A DNA stretch of 64,000 nt, taken from assembly GCA_963778945.1 (NCBI GenBank), contig CAVZWL010000005.1:70544-134543 (forward strand), read 5' to 3'. Both the position numbers and the translations under genes were made by a program. The stretch comes from Ignavibacteriota bacterium. Its GTDB lineage: Bacteria > Bacteroidota > Ignavibacteria > UBA10030. Numbering within the stretch: position 1 is the stretch's first letter; the number at the start of each line of letters is the position of its first letter. Below are positions 37,147-49,452 of this stretch, piece after piece. A model generated the notes under the pieces. The model searched no databases and was not told the DNA's origin. It saw nothing but the letters and a program-made list of their open reading frames with translations.

Positions 37147-37956
37147 TTATTCTGCTCCGGGTGTAGTCTGCTGCATGAGGGGTTCATAAGCAAAAAATTT
37201 ATTGTTCTGCAAAATTTCCTTTGCCAGATCCATATAATGCCGCGTACCGGAACAGATAGCGTCGTAGAGAATAATCGGTTTTCCGAAGCTCGGGGCTTCG
37301 CTTAAACGGATGTTGCGGGAGACGATCGTGGTAAAGACTTTACCGCCGAAATAACGTTTGACTTCGTCTACGATTTGATTGGAAAGACGCAGCCGGGAGT
37401 CGAACATGGTCAGGAGCACGCCTTCGATATCGAGTCCCGGGTTCAAATTCTTTTTGACCATATTGATGGTGCTGAACAATTGGCCGAGACCTTCGAGCGC
37501 GAAATATTCGCACTGGACGGGAATAAGAACGGAATCAGCCGCAGTGAGGGCGTTCAGTGTCAGGAGTCCGAGCGAAGGGGGGCAGTCTATAATGATAAAA
37601 TCGTACCGGTCGCGGACCGGTTTGAGCGCTGTCTGCAGCAATCGTTCCCGGTTTTCCATCTCCACCAGTTCGATTTCCGCACCGACAAGATTGATATGGG
37701 ATGGAATAATGGAAAGAAAAGGCATTTGCGTCGGCTGGATGGTCGAAGCCGCGTCCATTGCTCCGACGAGAACTTCATAAATCGATTTGCCTTCCACGCT
37801 TGCTGATCCGACGCCGCTGGTTGCATTTGCCTGCGGATCGTTATCCACGAGCAGAATGCGTTTTTCCGCTGCTGCAAGCGATGCTGCAAGATTAATGGCG
37901 GTGGTCGTTTTACCGACTCCGCCTTTCTGATTTGCTACGACGATAATTTTTGCCAC
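37147..37956 (-). CDS. parA: ParA/Soj chromosome partitioning ATPase
   Basis: The deviant Walker A motif KGGVGKTT is present, and the gene has the usual size and synteny with parB. Confidence 0.85.
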   Translation of the reverse strand: MAKIIVVANQKGGVGKTTTAINLAASLAAAEKRILLVDNDPQANATSGVGSASVEGKSIYEVLVGAMDAASTIQPTQMPFLSIIPSHINLVGAEIELVEMENRERLLQTALKPVRDRYDFIIIDCPPSLGLLTLNALTAADSVLIPVQCEYFALEGLGQLFSTINMVKKNLNPGLDIEGVLLTMFDSRLRLSNQIVDEVKRYFGGKVFTTIVSRNIRLSEAPSFGKPIILYDAICSGTRHYMDLAKEILQNNKFFAYEPLMQQTTPGAE

Positions 37957-38138
37957 GAAGCTTCATCGACAATGAATGATAAAAAAATATACTTCTTTTT
38001 GTCTGGTTGTGCAATGGATGTTTGACCTCAAAAAGAGGAGAAATTTTAACTTTCCAGCTGTGTACGGATGCTGATCGGACGGAGTGCTGGCATGCAACAA
38101 AAGCGTTTCCTGCCGTAAAGAAGAAAAGGAGGTGCTCT

Positions 38139-38329
38139 ATGTTCACATTTATTCTTTGGCTGATTCTTTTTTTCTCTGCTGGCCATTAGCGCTCGCAGCT
38201 CTGGTGCTTTATCCGCTGGTCTGGATTTTTCTTCTGCCTTTTCGTCTTATCGGATTGACGGTTGAAGGCGTGTTTGCGTTCCTCAAAGCAGTGATTATGC
38301 TGCCGGCGCGCATTGCCGGTATGAAATAA
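38139..38329 (+). CDS. small (about 64 aa) membrane protein with a frameshift in a T7 run at 38167-38173
   Basis: A strong RBS (AAGGAGG) lies 7 nt before the ATG at 38139. The hydrophobic product reads MFTFILWLILFF|LCWPLALAALVLYPLVWIFLLPF…. Confidence 0.4.
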
Positions 38330-38381
38330 AACAGGCATTCCGGAATTGCGGGATGCCTGTTCTCTTTCGATAAACTTTCGA

Positions 38382-39660
38382 TCAGGTGCCTGCCGAGTAG
38401 TCGTCGATATATTTCGCCTGTTCCTTTGTCAGCGTATCGATGCCATAACCCATAGTTTTTAGTTTTACACCTGCAATTTCCTGATCCTGTTCGCTGGAGA
38501 TATCATGAACGGTATTTGCCAGCCGGTTTCCTTTTTTATGTTCTTCCACTAGCCGCAACTGCGACATGAACTGGTTGGCAAACGACATATCCATCACTTC
38601 GGACGGATGTCCCTCGGCTGCAGCCAGGTTGACTAACCGTCCCTGCGCGAGCAGGTAGATGTGCCGGCCGTTTTTTAACGTGTACTCTTCGTTGTCTTTG
38701 CGGACTTCCCGGACTCTTTTGGTAATCTTCTGCAGCTGTGGAATGTTGATCTCGCAGTCGTAATGTCCCGTATTGCAGATGATCGCGCCGTCTTTGATCG
38801 CTTTGAAATGGCGTTCGACAAGTATGTCTTTGACGCCGGTTGCCGTAATAAAAATATCGCCGATTGAGGCGGCTTCGTCCATAGGCATGACGCGGAAACC
38901 TTCCAGCGTTGCTTTGAGTGCAGCAGTCGCTTTCACTTCCGTAATGATAACATTTGCGCCGAGCCCTTTTGCGCGGAGCGCTACGCCGCGTCCACAATGT
39001 CCGAATCCGGCGACGACAATATTTTTACCTGCAAGCAGAACGCTGGTCGCGCGTAAAATCCCGTCGAGCGTCGATTGACCCGTGCCGTACACGTTGTCGA
39101 AGTCCCACTTTGTTTCTGCATCGTTGACGGCGATGACCGGATATTTCAAAGCGCCGGCATGCGCCATCGCGCGGAGACGATGGACGCCGGTCGTGGTTTC
39201 TTCCGTCCCGCCGATGACGGTCGGGATCAATTCCTGATGTTTGTTATGAACGGTAAAAATCAGATCTGCGCCGTCATCGAGCGTAAGGTTCGGTTTGAAG
39301 CGCAGCGTCTCTTCGATGCACCAGTAAAAATCTTCCACGTTCATACCGTGCCATGCAAAAATACTGATGCCTTCCGATGCGAGCGCTGCAGCGACATCGT
39401 CCTGTGTCGAGAGAGGGTTGCATCCGCTCCAGCTGACGTCTGCGCCGGCGTCGGCAAATGTTCTGACGAGCACGGCCGTTTCCTTCGTCACATGGAGACA
39501 TCCCGCGATTCGGTATCCTTTGAACGGTTTTGATCTTTTTATATTTTGCACGCAATGCGGCAAGGACCGGCATGCGAGATTCCGCCCATTCGATGCGGAG
39601 TTTGCCCGCATCGGCTAAAGCCAGGTCTTTTACTTTATATTGTCCCTTTTTTTCGTCCAT
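38382..39660 (-). CDS. ahcY: adenosylhomocysteinase with a single-base frameshift in an A4/T4 run near 39527-39530
   Basis: The N-terminus (YKVKDLALADAGKLRIEWAESRMPVL…KYKKIK) is in one frame and the body (PFKGYRIAGCLHVTKETAVL… to the C-terminus, including the NAD-binding GFGHCGRG) is in another. Confidence 0.85.
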
Positions 39661-39667
39661 GAGAAAA

Positions 39668-40845
39668 TTACCTTTTCCTTGAGAGTGAATGAATTATCTG
39701 ATCTGCTTTTTGCAGGATTTTTACAAGGTCGAGTTTTTCCCATGTAAAATCCTTTTCTGAACGGCCGAAATGTCCGTAGGCAGCCGTCTTTCCGTAAATC
39801 GGGCGGCGAAGATTAAGGCGTTTGATAATGCCGCGCGGCGTCAGGTCGATTTCTTTAGAAATGAATTCCGCAAGAATCGTATCGGGCAGTTTTCCGGTTC
39901 CGAAGGTTTTGACCTGAATGGAAACCGGTTCTGCGACACCAATCGCATAGGCGACTTGAATTTGGCATTCGGAGGCAAGTTTTGCGGCGACGACATTTTT
40001 GGCCACGTGACGGGCGGCGTACGCTGCACTGCGGTCGACTTTCGTCGGGTCTTTTCCGGAAAATGCTCCGCCCCCGTGGGGAGCGCGTCCGCCGTATGTA
40101 TCGACAACGATTTTGCGCCCGGTCAGTCCGCTGTCGCCATGCGGACCGCCGATTTCAAACCGTCCCGTAGGATTGACAAAATAATGTGTTTGCTGATCCA
40201 GGAGCGCTGCGGGAATGATGACCCGGATGACGTGCTCGATAACATCTTCCTTTAATTTGTTTCTGCGAAACATTCGGATCGTGCTGTGTGGAAACGACGA
40301 CCGTATCGACGCGGCTCGGTTTGCCGCTCTGCGTCATATTCGACCGTAACCTGCGATTTCGCATCCGGTCGAAGATACGGCATAAGGGTATTTTCTTTTT
40401 TCCGTATTTCGGAAAGCCGGTGAACCAGTTTATGTGCGTACATAATCGGAGCCGGCATCAATTCCGGTGTTTCGGTACAGGCATAGCCGAACATCATGCC
40501 CTGATCGCCTGCGCCGCCGGTATCGACACCTTGTGCGATATCGGGAGATTGAGAATGCAAAGCGGATATGACGGCGCATGAATCCGCATCAAAACCGATT
40601 CCGGCTTTTGTATAGCCGATTTCGCGTATGACTTTGCGGACGACATCCTGGATGTTTACGAAGTTTGCTTTGGATGTAATTTCACCGCCGACAAGAGCGA
40701 GACCCGTAGTGACGAACGATTCACATGCTACGCGTGATAACGGGTCCTGCGACAGGAACGCATCGAGGACGGCGTCTGAAATTTGATCGCATACTTTATC
40801 CGGATGTCCTTCTGATACGGATTCAGAAGTAAAAAGATTTCGCAT
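39668..40845 (-). CDS. metK: S-adenosylmethionine synthetase, interrupted by at least 2 frameshifts (about 40260 and about 40330)
   Basis: Three colinear fragments match MetK: the N-terminus ([22 protein letters not shown]…), the middle ([17 protein letters not shown]) and the C-terminus ([27 protein letters not shown]…). Confidence 0.85.
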
Positions 40846-40872
40846 TCTTGATCCTTTCTTCAATAATGATGA

Positions 40873-41847
40873 TTACGAGAATTCCAATTCCGATGAATCC
40901 CCGATATTTATTTTTTTATAATTTCCTCGAACGACCGCATTGTTGCCGATAATAGAGTCTTCGATGAGCGCATTCTCGACGGTCGCCCCTTCGCTGACGA
41001 TAGAGTTTCGGACGATGGAGTTGCATACGTTTGCCCCGCTTGCAATGGTAGCGAACGGCCCGATGATGGCGTTTGTAATTTTTGCTTTCGGAGAAATAAA
41101 TGCCGGCGCCTGGACAACGATACCGTCGGCCTGTTCCGGCTGGGGCTGTTTCGATAACAAATAGCGGTTGGTTGAAAGGAGCGTTTCCGGTTTGCCGCAG
41201 TCGTACCATCCGTCGATAGGAAAAGCGCGCATTTTTTCATTTCGCTCGATCATCATTTGCAGCGCGTCGGTTAACTGGAATTCGCCTTTCGTGCGTATAT
41301 CATTTTCAATCATGTATCCTAAACATTCCACGAGCAATTGAGGCTGCTTTATATAATAGAGTCCAACGATCGCCTGGTTGCTCCTGGGCGTTTCCGGCTT
41401 TTCCACCATGCGCGCGATAAATCCGTTGACAGTCTCCGCGACGCCGAATCGCCGCGGGTCTTCGACTGATTTCACTCCGATTTCAGAAAAATTACTTTGA
41501 ATCATGCCTTTCAGGTCGACGTCGAAAACAGTGTCTCCAAGTATGATCAGGATCGGGTCTCTGGAAAACGTATGACGTGAAATATATATAGCATGACCGA
41601 GCCCGAGCCGTTCTTCCTGTTCAATGAAATCGACTTTAATTTTATAGGAATCCAGGATATACTCTTTGATCATTTCTCCGAGATATCCGATAATAATCGT
41701 TGCTTCGTCGAAACCGGCATCTATAATATTATCGAGAATGTGGCTGATAATCGGTTTACCGGCGACATTCAGCAGGACTTTGGGAATCGTATATGTGTGC
41801 GGACGCAGACGGCTTCCCACGCCCGCTACCGGTATAATTGCTCTCAT
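40873..41847 (-). CDS. sugar-phosphate nucleotidyltransferase with C-terminal left-handed beta-helix (hexapeptide) domain
   Basis: The N-terminus has the NTP_transferase motif (AIIPVAGVGSRLRPHTYTIPKVLLNVAGKPII). The C-terminus has hexapeptide repeats (…IGPFATIASGANVCNSIVRNSIVSEGATVENALIEDSIIGNNAVV…). Confidence 0.65.
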   Translation of the reverse strand: MRAIIPVAGVGSRLRPHTYTIPKVLLNVAGKPIISHILDNIIDAGFDEATIIIGYLGEMIKEYILDSYKIKVDFIEQEERLGLGHAIYISRHTFSRDPILIILGDTVFDVDLKGMIQSNFSEIGVKSVEDPRRFGVAETVNGFIARMVEKPETPRSNQAIVGLYYIKQPQLLVECLGYMIENDIRTKGEFQLTDALQMMIERNEKMRAFPIDGWYDCGKPETLLSTNRYLLSKQPQPEQADGIVVQAPAFISPKAKITNAIIGPFATIASGANVCNSIVRNSIVSEGATVENALIEDSIIGNNAVVRGNYKKINIGDSSELEFS

Positions 41848-42004
41848 TTTAACGTTTCTCTTTGTGCTTTTTTACTTTGTAAAGATACATAACAATCGGA
41901 AGACAAACAATCCATAAATCATTCCTCTGAACGATCCGCCGAGAGAGAACGGCTCTATCTTGCTTCTCCAAAGTCATTTGTTTATTATATTTATGATATC
42001 ATTT

Positions 42005-43057
42005 ATGAAAACCACTCGAACATCATCCCGCAAGAAGGAACATGTAGTTCTGGCGATTAAAAAAAACGTTGCTTTCAGGGGCAAGACACCGGGATTCGAG
42101 CAATGGGATTTTCGGCATAATGCTTTGCCGGAATGCAATGAGAGCGATATCGATACTGAAACGATTTTTCTCGGCAAAAAAATCGCTCTTCCATTTATTA
42201 TCGCCAGCATGACCGGAGGCTATCGGGAAGCGCTGACGATTAATCGGCATCTGGCAGAATTTTGCGCGGAGAAGCGATTAGCAATGGGAGTGGGGAGTCA
42301 GCGCCAGGCATTGGAAAACGAGAAATTCGCGCGTTCCTTTTCCATTGTTCGAGAAGTCTCGAAGGATATTCCCGTTTTCGGCAATATCGGCGCGGCTGAA
42401 GTTGCTCGTCTCCAGGATATTGCTCCGTTTCAGCGTCTTGCGGACTTGATAGGCGCCGACGGGTTTGCCGTGCACTTGAATCCCTTGCAGGAATTTCTTC
42501 AGCCGGAAGGGAACACAAATTTTACAGGTGTTTTAAATGGTATCGAACGGCTTGTCAAGGGTTTGCCGATTCCGATTCTTGTCAAAGAAATCGGAGCGGG
42601 AATTTCCGCGAATGTCGCGCGCCGTTTGCTGGGAACCGGCGTCTCTGTGATCGATGTTGCCGGCGCGGGGGGAACGAGCTGGGCGGGCATCGAAATTATG
42701 CGCAAGAGATCTGCATCCAGGGCAGAGTATGAATCGCTGTCGCAGGCTTTTTGGGATTGGGGAATTCCGACCGTCGATGCACTGCGCGATGTTGCACAAG
42801 TACGAAGCGAATATCCTTCGATGAAAATTATTTCTTCCGGCGGAATTTCATCCGGTCTCGATGCTGCAAAATCTATGGCTTTAGGCGCCGACTACGCCGG
42901 CATTGCACGTCCGGTTCTGAAGGCCTGGGCGGCCGGGGGGAAAAAAGGATTGCATCAATTCATAAAACATTGGGAACGGGAATTTCGCGGTGCGATGTTT
43001 TTAACGGGTTCTCAAACGATTTTTCAACTTCAACAACAATTACTGGTCTCTCGATAA
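42005..43057 (+). CDS. fni: type 2 isopentenyl-diphosphate delta-isomerase (FMN-dependent)
   Basis: The IDI-2 motifs are present (FIIASMTGG, GVGSQR, and a TIM-barrel Gly-rich C-terminus). The start was set at the ATG at 42005. Confidence 0.8.
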   Translation: MKTTRTSSRKKEHVVLAIKKNVAFRGKTPGFEQWDFRHNALPECNESDIDTETIFLGKKIALPFIIASMTGGYREALTINRHLAEFCAEKRLAMGVGSQRQALENEKFARSFSIVREVSKDIPVFGNIGAAEVARLQDIAPFQRLADLIGADGFAVHLNPLQEFLQPEGNTNFTGVLNGIERLVKGLPIPILVKEIGAGISANVARRLLGTGVSVIDVAGAGGTSWAGIEIMRKRSASRAEYESLSQAFWDWGIPTVDALRDVAQVRSEYPSMKIISSGGISSGLDAAKSMALGADYAGIARPVLKAWAAGGKKGLHQFIKHWEREFRGAMFLTGSQTIFQLQQQLLVSR

Positions 43058-43059
43058 AA

Positions 43060-44050
43060 ATGGCTATGTCTTTGACTCCGGAATATCGGTACGAATATCA
43101 TAAAAAATCAGTTGAGCGCTATCTCCGCAATCACGTGGCGATCGCTCATCCGCGTTCATTATACCTGCCGTGCAAGTATATTCTTTCTGCCGGCGGAAAG
43201 CGTATTCGTCCCGTTCTGGCCCTGTTGGCCTGCGAGGCAGTCGGCGGTGCGATGGAAGATGCGCTGCCTGCAAGCGCGGCCATAGAAATATTGCATACGT
43301 TTACATTGGTTCATGACGATATTATGGATCATGCTCCTGCGCGGCGCGGGCGTTCGACCGTTCATACGAAGTGGGATGAGAGCGTCGCCCTTCTGACCGG
43401 CGACATACTGCTGGGCATCGCCTACCGGGAATTGCTTGCTACGAAATCGTCCCGGATACAGGAAATTCTCAAGGTGTTCACCGACGGGATGATCACCGTT
43501 TGCGAAGGGCAGGCTGTGGATAAAGAATTTGAAACACGGAACCGCGTTCATGTCAACGATTATCTCGGTATGATAGAAAAGAAAACCGGAAGGCTCGTTT
43601 CCGTCTCCACAGAAATCGGCGCTATGATCGGCGGCGGGTCGGCAGTGCAGGTTCAAGCAATGCGGCGGTACGGTTTCTATGTCGGCCGGGCTTTTCAGGT
43701 TCAGGACGATCTGCTGGACATCATCGCCGATGAAAAGGAATTCGGAAAAGTTATCGGCGGCGATCTGCAGGAAGGGAAGAAAACATATTTGCTTTTGGAA
43801 GCGCTTCGCCGCGCAAAAGGAAAACAGAAAAAAGCGCTCGAAGATGTATTCCATAAGCGGAAAGTTGCCCGGAGCCGGGTGGCGGAATTTCGCCGCATCT
43901 ATGAAGAAACCGGAGCAATTGCCTCCGCCCAGTGCACAAATTGAAAACGATCTTCAAGCGGCCAAGGAAGAGCTTTCCGGTTTGCCGTCCAACCAGGCCC
44001 AGAAAACACTTCTTTGGTTTGCAGATAAAATGTTGAACCGGAAGTATTGA
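43060..44050 (+). CDS. polyprenyl diphosphate synthase (GGPP/FPP synthase family) with a C-terminal frameshift at about 43920
   Basis: The FARM (LVHDDIMD) and SARM (VQDDLLD) motifs are present. The last 40 aa or so continue in another frame to the stop at 44050. Confidence 0.75.
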
Positions 44051-44061
44051 GGAACAGCATA

Positions 44062-44361
44062 ATGGTTCAACAGGAGGTTACAATTCTTAACCGGGCGGGC
44101 ATGCATACCCGCCCCGCAGCGGCCATTGTGAAGCTTGCAGCAAAGTTTAAAGCTGAATTCTATATAGAAAAAGATAACATGGAGATTAACGGAAAAAGTA
44201 TTATCGGCGTCATGACCTTAGCGGCCGAACAAGGCGCGAAGCTTCTTCTCAAATTCGAGGGTCCGGATGAGACCGAATCGTGCCGTGCAATGGTAGAACT
44301 CTTTCAAGAGTGGTTTTGGGGAGCCGGTGGAATAATGCAAGAGATGCAGAACCGGAGGTAG
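44062..44361 (+). CDS. ptsH: phosphocarrier protein HPr
   Basis: The active-site His segment GMHTRPAA and the characteristic HPr fold length are present. The start was set at MVQQEV…. Confidence 0.7.
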   Translation: MVQQEVTILNRAGMHTRPAAAIVKLAAKFKAEFYIEKDNMEINGKSIIGVMTLAAEQGAKLLLKFEGPDETESCRAMVELFQEWFWGAGGIMQEMQNRR

Positions 44362-44364
44362 AAC

Positions 44365-46124
44365 ATGGAACAAGAGCAGGCAAAAAAAGAAATACGATTT
44401 AAAGGAATACCGGCATCGCCGGGAATTGTCATCGGACCCGTGTATCATTTCCGGAAGCATGAGCCGCTGATCTTTGTCCGTACCATCGCAGATGATGAAA
44501 TGGAAAAAGAGATCGAACGTCTTTCGGCTGCCCGTACCCGCTCGCAAAAAGAACTGCAAAAAGTATTCGAGTTTGCAGAGCAGAAACTCGGCGAGGAACA
44601 ATGCAAAATTTTTGAAGCGCAAAAAATGATCCTCGAAGATGCCGTTCTTTTCGATTCCATCTTCGAGCCGAATCCGCACGGAAAAGAAAAATGCGGAACA
44701 TCTCATGAAAGACGAGATCGAAAAATATAACCGGCTGATGGCGGCTTCCAAAGATGAATATGCACGCGAACGCGTCAACGATGTGCAGGATGTATGCAAC
44801 CGCGTTCTGCGCAATCTGGAAGAACAAAAATTAATATCAAAGATCGACGGTTCCAACGTGATCGTTTCTCATAATCTTGCCGCCGCCGATGCTCTTATTT
44901 TCAGCCGGAATGATGTGCTTGGGTATGTGACGGAACTCGGCGGGGCGACATCGCATATGGCTCTTCTTGCCCGCGCTTTGAAAATTCCCGCAGTCGTCGG
45001 TGTACACCAGATTGATGCCATGGTGCAGCCGGAAGATATGATTATTGTCGACGGTTATAACGGTGTCGTTGCGCTGAACCCGACGAAAGAGACGCTCAAA
45101 CATTTCGAAAAAAAACGGCTGGAATACGAGCGGTTCGAAAAAACTCTGGCTCCTCTGCGGGATCAGCCTGCCGAAACGCTCGATGGACATCGGGTCCAGC
45201 TTGCGGCCAATGTCGAACTTGAACAGGAACTTGAATTCATTAAAATGCAGGGAGCTGACGGAATCGGTTTGTACCGAACGGAAAGTCTGCTGCTGGGCAA
45301 GGAGGTTTTTCCTTCCGAACAGGAACAGTACGAGCAGTACCGGCGCATTGCGGAATCGCTGTATCCGAAGCAGGCGGTTATCCGGACCTTCGACATCGGA
45401 GGCGATAAATTTATGGCGCAAAGCGTCCGGGAAAACAATCCGTTTCTGGGCTGGCGCGGCATCCGCATTATGCTCGACAAACCTCAGATTTTCTTAGATC
45501 AGCTTCGTGCAATCCTGCGTGCGAGCAATTTGAAAAATCTTCTTGTTATGTTTCCAATGGTATCGAGCATCAAAGAAGTAAAACTCGCAAAACAGCTCGT
45601 TGACCAGGCAAAAGACGATCTGCGTGCGCAAAAAATTCCCTTCGACGAACATCTGCGCCTCGGAGCGATGATCGAAGTCCCGGCTGCCGCAATTATTGCG
45701 GATCATCTTGCGCGGGAGGTGAGCTTCCTCAGTATCGGCACGAATGATTTAATTCAGTATTTGCTGGCTGTCGATCGCGGCAACGATATTGTTTCCGATC
45801 TCTTCCAGGAATTTCATCCTGCCGTCATCCGTTTTCTCCGCCGCATTATCGAAAGGGGATCGCAGGGACATGTCTGGGTGGGGATGTGCGGCCAGATGGC
45901 GAGCGATCCGCTGGCCACTATTCTTTTGGTCGGGCTCGGGCTCGACGAGTTCAGCGTCGCACCGGCCGTTCTGCCGGAAATCAAGAAAATTATTCGATCC
46001 ATCCATTTCACGGAAGCAAAGCATGTTGCCGGAATGCGTGCTGGAAATGAAGTCCGAAGACGAGATCAAAGGATTTCTCAAACGGCTCATGAAAAATAAA
46101 TTTCCCGATATTCCTATCGGGTAA
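44365..46124 (+). CDS. ptsI: phosphoenolpyruvate-protein phosphotransferase (PTS Enzyme I) with at least 2 frameshifts (about 44660 and about 46020)
   Basis: The N-terminal HPr-binding domain, the phospho-His domain (GGATSHMALLARALKIPAVVG) and the PEP-utilising TIM barrel (…FLSIGTNDLIQYLLAVDR…) are split across frames. Confidence 0.85.
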
Positions 46125-46165
46125 AACGATATCTCATCGTTATTTCTTATAGAAGATATCAAACA

Positions 46166-47220
46166 ATGACAATGGAAGATATTCGCAGTCTTGATCCCAA
46201 AGGCATGTATGACTGGATTGCCGGTTTTCCGCAGCAGGCTGAGGAAGCCGTTCGCATCGGGAAAAAAGCGGCGATTCGCCTCCACGTCAAAGGAATTCAA
46301 AACATCGTCCTGACCGGTCTTGGCGGGTCGGCGATCGGCGGCGATCTGCTGCGTTCATACCTTGCGGAAGAACTTGCAGTTCCGTTTTTTGTCAACCGCC
46401 ATTATATTCTGCCGAAATTTGTCAATTCAAAAACTTTGGTCATTGTTTCCAGTTATTCCGGCAATACGGAGGAATCGATTGCCGCGCATAAGGAGGCAGT
46501 CAAGCGGAAAGCAAAAGTCCTTTGCATCAGCACGGGGGGCGAAACCGCAAAGCTTGCCGTAAAATATAAACAAGCGTGGATAAAAATACCGGGCGGTCTT
46601 TCTCCAAGAGCAGCTCTGGCGTATTCCTTCTTTCCACTCTTGGTCGCTCTTGCCCGGCTGGGCTTGATAAAATCGAAAGACCGGGATATCAAAGAAACGA
46701 TCCTTTTCCTCAAAGGTAAATCGGCTTTGTACGGCGATCCTCTAGCTCCGGGAGAATAGTCCTTTGAAAACAGCGGAACAATGGAAAGGACATCTGCCGT
46801 TTATTTATTCGCCTGCAGAGCATCTGGACGCGGTCAATCTTCGATGGCGCAGCCAGATTGCTGAAAATGCAAAACAGTTATCGCATGGATATGTTCTGCC
46901 GGAAATGAATCATAATGAACTTGTCGGCTGGAAGATTCTTCCGGACATGATGAAGCAGATTTCCGTTGTTTTCCTGAAAGACAGCGGAACCCATCCGCGC
47001 GTCGCCAGATCGCAGTCAGATTACAAAAGAAGATTGTTTCGCGATATGCCGGAACGGTGACAGAGATTGAAAGCGAGGGAAAATCCCTGTTAACACGCAT
47101 GTTTTCGCTCATCTATTTCGGAGATTGGGCTTCCTACTATTTGGCAATTTTAAATGGAGAAAACCCGGAGCCGGTTGCAGTCATCGATTATCTGAAAGGG
47201 GAATTGGCAAAAGTACAATA
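46166..47220 (+). CDS. bifunctional phosphoglucose/phosphomannose isomerase (SIS family) with about 2 frameshifts (about 46755 and about 47050)
   Basis: SIS motifs (VLTGLGGSAIGGDL, VIVSSYSGNTEE) are followed by downstream fragments in other frames (…MNHNELVGW…, …FSLIYFGDWASYYLAILNGENP…). Confidence 0.7.
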
Positions 47221-47323
47221 GCAGTCTGCAACAATCTCCTTGATTCTCAAAATATGAGCCGATATATTTGAGTGATCAGGTCGGTGAAGGAGAATTCAAA
47301 CATAACAAGACGGCGCACATTAT

Positions 47324-48012
47324 TATGGATCAAGAAGAGATGCATGTTTTACGCAATGTTCCGATTTTTGCCGAACTCGAGGAACGAGAGCTTGGAAAAA
47401 ATCGCCAAACTCGGGGTTCGGCAGAAATATAAAAAAGGAAATGTTGTCGTCATCGAACAGGAAAGCGGAGCGGCTCTTTTCGTCATCGTGTCGGGGAAGG
47501 TGAAGATTGTCCGGATGGATGAAGACGGCCGCGAAGTCATTCTTTCGATATTCGGTCCGGGAGAATTCTTCGGTGAGATGTCTCTCTTGGACGGAATGGC
47601 GCGGTCGGCAAGCGTCATTGCTACGGAAAAATCGGAACTTCTCATGATCCACCGAAGAGATTTTTTAGAGCTCCTTCATGAATTCCCTTCGGTTGCTATT
47701 TCGCTTCTGGCTGAATTGGCGATGCGCTTGCGTAAAGCTGATATGCAGATCAAGAGCCTTTCGCTGAAAGATGCCGCGGGACGCGTTGCAAATGTCGTTC
47801 TGATGCTGGCGGACGATATCGGTATTTTCCGCAAAGGAAAGGTGGAGATCGAAGATTTGCCGCTGCAGCAGGATATTGCCAATATGGCAGGGACATCGCG
47901 GGAAACAGTCTCTCGCATGCTGAATATGTTCGTGGAAAAGGGGCAGATTCAACTCGACGGAAGCAAACTTACGATCAATGACTATGATGCGTTTCGCAAG
48001 GAACACGTTTGA
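47324..48012 (+). CDS. Crp/Fnr-family transcriptional regulator, with a frameshift in an A6 run at 47396-47401 near the 5' end
   Basis: A cNMP-binding domain (…FGPGEFFGEMSLLDG…RSASVIA) and a C-terminal HTH (QQDIANMAGTSRETVSRML) are present. The true N-terminus, MDQEEMHVLRNVPIFAELEERELGK, is in an adjacent frame. Confidence 0.75.
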
Positions 48013-48052
48013 TGTTTCCGAAGCGGTTTTATCAAAGTGATATATTGTTGAA

Positions 48053-48954
48053 GTGAAGAATGAAAACGTGTACCATGAAATGCAGAGCATAGAGAATGGG
48101 AGGGAAAACCTCTCACCCATCAATACCGCCGCTACGGCGGATCTTCATATCCATTCTTATTATTCCGACGGTGCACATAGTCCCTCTGTCGTTGTCGATA
48201 AATGCCATGCGAAAGGGATAACCACGATTGCCCTTGCCGACCATGATCATGTCGGCGGCATTGAAGAAGCAGCCGATTATGCTCGTGACATCGGGATGGA
48301 AGTCGTACCCGCTGTAGAATTAAGTTCGATGCTCGATGGCCATGAAATTCACGTTCTTGGCTATTTTATAGATCCTTCCAGCCGGATTCTCAAAGAACGT
48401 CTGGGGTTGTTTCGGGATGCCAGACTTCGTCGGGCAGAGGGTATTGTTAAAAAATTGAATGTACTCCATATACCGCTGACAATGGAATCCGTTTTAAAAC
48501 AAACCGGCAGCGGTGCAGTCGGCCGTCCGCATATTGCCAATGCGATGGTGGATGAAGGATTTGTAGGTTCGTATCAGGCCGCGTTTTCACAATATCTTGG
48601 AAGTCATGCTCCTGCTTACGCTGAAAAATATTATCTTTCCCCCTCCGATGCAATCGAATTAATTTCATCTGCCGGAGGATTATCATTTATCGCTCATCCG
48701 GGTAAATATGCCACGGATGAGGTTGTGAGAGAATTAATGGGGTATGGACTGGACGGAATCGAAGTAGTTCATCCTTCGCATTCGGAAACACAGATGCAGA
48801 TGCTTATCGAAACCTGAGCAGTCAATATTTTCTACTCGAGAGCGGCGGATCGGATTATCACGGCGGTAAGAAGCATGACGACGAGCAGCTTGGACTTTTC
48901 AACGTATCATTACGCATTGTCGAAGAGATGCGCAGAAGACTTTATGGCCGGTAG
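48053..48954 (+). CDS. PHP-domain metal-dependent phosphoesterase with a C-terminal frameshift at about 48815
   Basis: The PHP motifs (DLHIHSYYSDGAHSP, ALADHDHV) are present. The C-terminal GGSDYHGG block continues in another frame to the stop at 48954. Confidence 0.7.
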
Positions 48955-48957
48955 TCT

Positions 48958-49452
48958 ATGAATGTGAAAAACCGAAGAAATGAATTTTACTCGTGCGATG
49001 CCTCAAAATTCCGGTTTGCACTTGTCGTCAGCAGGTTCCATGAAGATCTCACTGCAAAACTGCTCGAAGGAGCGGAAAGTTGTTTCCGTGCTCACCGTGT
49101 TCCGCGAAATCACCTGAAAATTGTCTATTGTCCGGGCGCATTTGAACTGCCGCAGGTTGCGAATCGGCTCGCTTCACAAAAAAAACTGGACGCTATCGTT
49201 TGTCTCGGCGCGGTCGTTCGGGGAGAGACGCCGCATTTTCAATTTGTCTCTTCTGCGGCAGCCCAGGGCATTCAGCAAGTTTCTCTCCGCTGGTCAATGC
49301 CGGTCGTTTTCGGCGTGTTGACGACGGATAGCGTAAAACAGGCAAAGGAACGATTAGGCGGGAAGCACGGCCATAAGGGATGGGACGCAGCTTTAACCGC
49401 TTTAAAAATGGCAGACCTGTTCGGATCTTCTGCATTGAAGAGGCGAAAATGA
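48958..49452 (+). CDS. ribH: 6,7-dimethyl-8-ribityllumazine synthase
   Basis: The lumazine synthase core is present (FALVVSRFHEDLT…GAFELP…AIVCLGAVVRGETPHFQFV…VVFGVLTTD). Confidence 0.85.
   Translation: MNVKNRRNEFYSCDASKFRFALVVSRFHEDLTAKLLEGAESCFRAHRVPRNHLKIVYCPGAFELPQVANRLASQKKLDAIVCLGAVVRGETPHFQFVSSAAAQGIQQVSLRWSMPVVFGVLTTDSVKQAKERLGGKHGHKGWDAALTALKMADLFGSSALKRRK

Noticed and set aside
39661-42004. SAM riboswitch upstream of metK, and glycine or FMN riboswitches upstream of gcvP and ribH
   Set aside because: These genes abut or overlap their upstream neighbours (metK is 8 nt from the nucleotidyltransferase stop, gcvP is 12 nt after rnc, ribH is 3 nt after the PHP gene). That leaves no room for a leader, and I saw no riboswitch consensus.
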